Origin: Eledone cirrhosa
Taxonomy: Eukaryota
Direction of reading: 5' to 3'
DNA: 64,000 bases
Assembly (NCBI GenBank): GCA_964016885.1
Contig: CAXHJY010000139.1
Span: forward strand, 32,919 to 96,918
The position numbers and the translations under genes are program-made. The notes beneath the pieces were generated by a model. That model was given only the letters and a program-made list of their open reading frames with translations, was not told the DNA's origin and did no database searches. Of this stretch, positions 61,601-64,000 are shown one piece after another; the stretch's first letter is position 1; each line of letters starts with the position of its first letter.

Positions 61601-64000
61601 TAGCTTAGCTTAGGATAGCTTAGCTTAGCTTAGCTTAGGATAGCTTAGCTTAGGTTAGCTTAGCTTAGCTTAGCTTAGGATAGCTTAGCTTAGGATAGCT
61701 TAGGATAGCTTAGCTTAGGATAGCTTAGCTTAGGATAGCTTAGCTTAGCTTTGCTTAGGATAGCTTAGCTTAGCTTAGCTTAGGATAGCTTAGCTTAGCT
61801 TAGCTTAGGATAGCTTAGCTTAGCTTAGCTTAGGATAGCTTAGCTTAGCTTAGCTTAGGATAGCTTAGCTTAGCTTAGCTTAGGATAGCTTAGCTTAGCT
61901 TAGCTTAGGATCGCTTAGCTTAGCTTAGCTTAGGATAGCTTAGCTTAGCTTAGGATAGCTTAGCTTAGCTTAGCTTAGGATAGCTTAGCTTAGCTTAGGA
62001 TAGCTTAGGATAGCTTAGCTTAGGAGAGCTTAGCTTAGCTTAGCTTAGGATAGCTTAGCTTAGCTTAGCTTAGGATAGCTTAGCTTAACTTAGCTTAGGA
62101 TAGCTTAGCTTAGCTTAACTTAGGATAGCTTAGCTTAGCTTAGCTTAGGATAGCTTAGCTTAGCTTAGCTTAGGATAGCTTAGCTTAGCTTAGCTTAGGA
62201 TAGCTTAGGATAGCTTAGCTTAGGATAGCTTAGGATAGCTTACCTTAGGAGAGCTTAGCTTAGGATAGCTTAGCTTAGGATAGCTTAGGATAGCTTAGCT
62301 TAGGATAGCTTAGCTTAGGATAGCTTAGCTTAGGATAGCTTAGGATAGCTTAGCTTAGCTTAGCTTAGGATAGCTTAGCTTAGCTTAGCTTAGGATAGCT
62401 TAGCTTAGCTTAGCTAAGGATAGCTTAGCTTAGCTTAGCTTAGGATAGCTTAGGATAGCTTAGCTTAGGATAGCTTAGGATAGCTTAGCTTAGGATAGCT
62501 TAGGATAGCTTAGCTTAGGATAGCTTAGCTTAGGATAGCTTAGCTTAGGATAGCTTAGGATAGCTTAGCTTAGGATAGCTTAGGATAGCTTAGCTTAGGA
62601 TAGCTTAGCTTAGGATAGCTTAGGATAGCTTAGCTTAACTTAGCTTAGGAAAGCTTAGCTTAGCTTAGCTTAGGATAGCTTAGCTTAGCTTAGCTTAGGA
62701 TAGCTTAGCTTAGCTTAGCTTAGGATAGCTTAGGATAGCTTAGCTTAGGATAGCTTAGCTTAGGATAGCTTAGGATTGTTTAGCTTAGGATAGCTTAGCT
62801 TAGGATAGCTTAGGATAGCTTAGCTTAGCTTAGCTTAGGATAGCTTAGGATAGCTTAGCTTAGGATAGCTTAGGATAGCTTAGCTTAGGATAGATTAGGA
62901 TAGCTTAGCTTAGGATAGCTTAGGATAGCTTAGCTTAGGATAGCTTAGCTTAGGATAGCTTAGCTTAGCTTAGCTTAGGATAGCTTAGCTTGGGATAGCT
63001 TAGGATAGCTTAGCTTAGGATAGCTTAGGATAGCTTAGCTTAGCTTAGCTTAGGATAGCTTAGCTTAGCTTAGCTTAGGATAGCTTAGCTTAGCTTAGGA
63101 TAGCTTAGCTTAGCTTAGCTTAGGATAGCTTAGCTTAGCTTAGCTTAGGATTGCTTAGCTTAGCTTAGCTTAGGATAGCTTAGCTTAGCTTAGCTTAGGA
63201 TAGCTTAGCTTAGCTTAGCTTAGGATAGCTTAGCTTAGCTTAGCTTAGAATAGCTTAGCTTAGGATAGCTTAGCTTAGGATAGCTTAGCTTAGGATAGCT
63301 TAGCTTAGGATAGCTTAGGATAGCTTAGCTTAGGATAGCTTAGGATAGCTTAGCTTAGGATAGCTTAGCTTAGCTTAGCTTAGGATAGCTTAGCTTAGCT
63401 TAGGATAGCTTAGCTTAGCTTAGCTTAGGATAGCTTAGCTTAGGATAGCTTAGGAAAGCTTAGCTTAGCTTAGCTTAGGATAGCTTAGCTTAGCTTAGCT
63501 TAGGATAGCTTAGCTTAGCTTAGGATAGCTTAGCTTAGCTTAGCTTAGGATAGCTTAGCTTAGCTTAGTTTAGGATAGCTTAGCTTAGCTTAGCTTAGGA
63601 TAGCTTAGCTTGGCTTAGCTTAGGATAGCTTAGCTTAGCTTAGCTTAGGATAGCTTAGCTTAGGATAGCTTAGCTTAGCTTAGGATAGCTTAGCTTAGCT
63701 TAGCTTAGGATAGCTTAGCTTAGGATAGCTTAGCTTAGCTTAGCTTAGGATAGCTTAGCATAGCTTAGCTTAGGATAGCTTAGCTTAGCTTAGCTTAGGA
63801 TAGCTTAGCTTAGCTTAGCTTAGGATAGCTTAGCTTAGCTTAGCTTAGGATAGCTTAGCTTAGCTTAGCTTAGGATAGCTTAGCTTAGCTTAGCTTAGGA
63901 TAGCTTAGCATAGCTTAGCTTAGGATAGCTTAGCTTAGCTTAGCTTAGGATAGCTTAGCTTAGCTTAGGATAGCTTAGCTTAGCTTGGCTTAGGATAGCT
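47050..64000 (+). repeat. Tandem duplication, period about 9.2 kb (copy 1 ~47050-56289, copy 2 ~56290 to beyond window end)
   Basis: GGGTA 47077/56315 (9,238), GCATG 47862/57100 (9,238), GGTA 50432/59655 and 52116/61339 (9,223), GCTAA 53215/62413 (9,198), GTTTA 54325/63568 (9,243), GCATA 54480/63758 (9,278). Confidence 0.9.

Larger units (their letters stand above)
1..64000. repeat. Compound pentanucleotide satellite array (GCTTA)n interspersed with GGATA, about 12,800 units, open at both window ends
   Basis: Every line parses into GCTTA or GGATA pentamers plus sparse variants (GGTTA, GGAAA, GGAGA, GATTA, GCTTG, GCATA, CCTTA, ACTTA, GTTTA, GGATT, GGATC, etc.). No non-repeat sequence and no strand switch seen. 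Confidence 0.99.

Noticed and set aside
1-64000. Protein-coding ORFs on either strand
   Set aside because: TAG occurs every 5 bp on the + strand, so all three frames stop about every 15 bp; the minus strand has TAA in every TAAGC unit. ATG occurs only at rare variants.
1-64000. CRISPR array or other repeat-spacer system
   Set aside because: No unique spacers and no cas or other genes; variation is limited to pentamer order and point variants.
1-64000. Telomerase-synthesised tract with stuttering template
   Set aside because: Point variants and run-length patterns are copied exactly over multi-kb blocks, which indicates DNA-templated duplication; no GGG-rich strand.
1-64000. Binary GCTTA/GGATA pattern as an encoded message or synthetic data-storage DNA
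   Set aside because: The pattern is highly redundant and explained by nested duplications with inherited mutations; no adapters, indices or payload-like entropy.
1-64000. Single fixed-length higher-order repeat like primate alpha satellite
   Set aside because: Periods differ by region (5,128, 5,598, 4,063, ~2,650, ~9,200 bp) with different breakpoints.
1-64000. GATA-factor sites or dense AluI/DdeI/BlpI sites as regulatory features
   Set aside because: Automatic consequences of the repeat units; GGATAG does not match the WGATAR consensus, and there is no gene context.
1-64000. G-quadruplex-forming array
   Set aside because: Only GG doublets spaced 10-25 bp apart; GGG runs are isolated rare variants.

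Overview
The whole 64,000-bp window is one uninterrupted, single-orientation satellite array built from two 5-bp units, GCTTA (major) and GGATA (minor); the minus strand reads TAAGC/TATCC. I found no genes, RNA genes, transposons, CRISPR spacers or unique sequence, and the array runs off both ends. GGATA units are normally separated by 1-4 GCTTA units, giving two dominant 25-bp motifs: GGATA(GCTTA)4 and GGATA-GCTTA-GGATA-GCTTA-GCTTA. Rare variant pentamers act as a barcode that exposes nested, irregular tandem duplications with offsets of about 150, 280, 755, 2,650, 3,400, 4,063, 5,128, 5,598, 8,925, 9,200 and 10,011 bp. This fits eukaryotic heterochromatic (centromeric, pericentromeric or subtelomeric) satellite DNA amplified by unequal exchange or replication slippage. 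The organism and chromosomal position cannot be determined from the sequence. All coordinates were read by eye, so breakpoints are approximate (within about 25-100 bp), and near-identical duplicates could partly be assembly artefacts.
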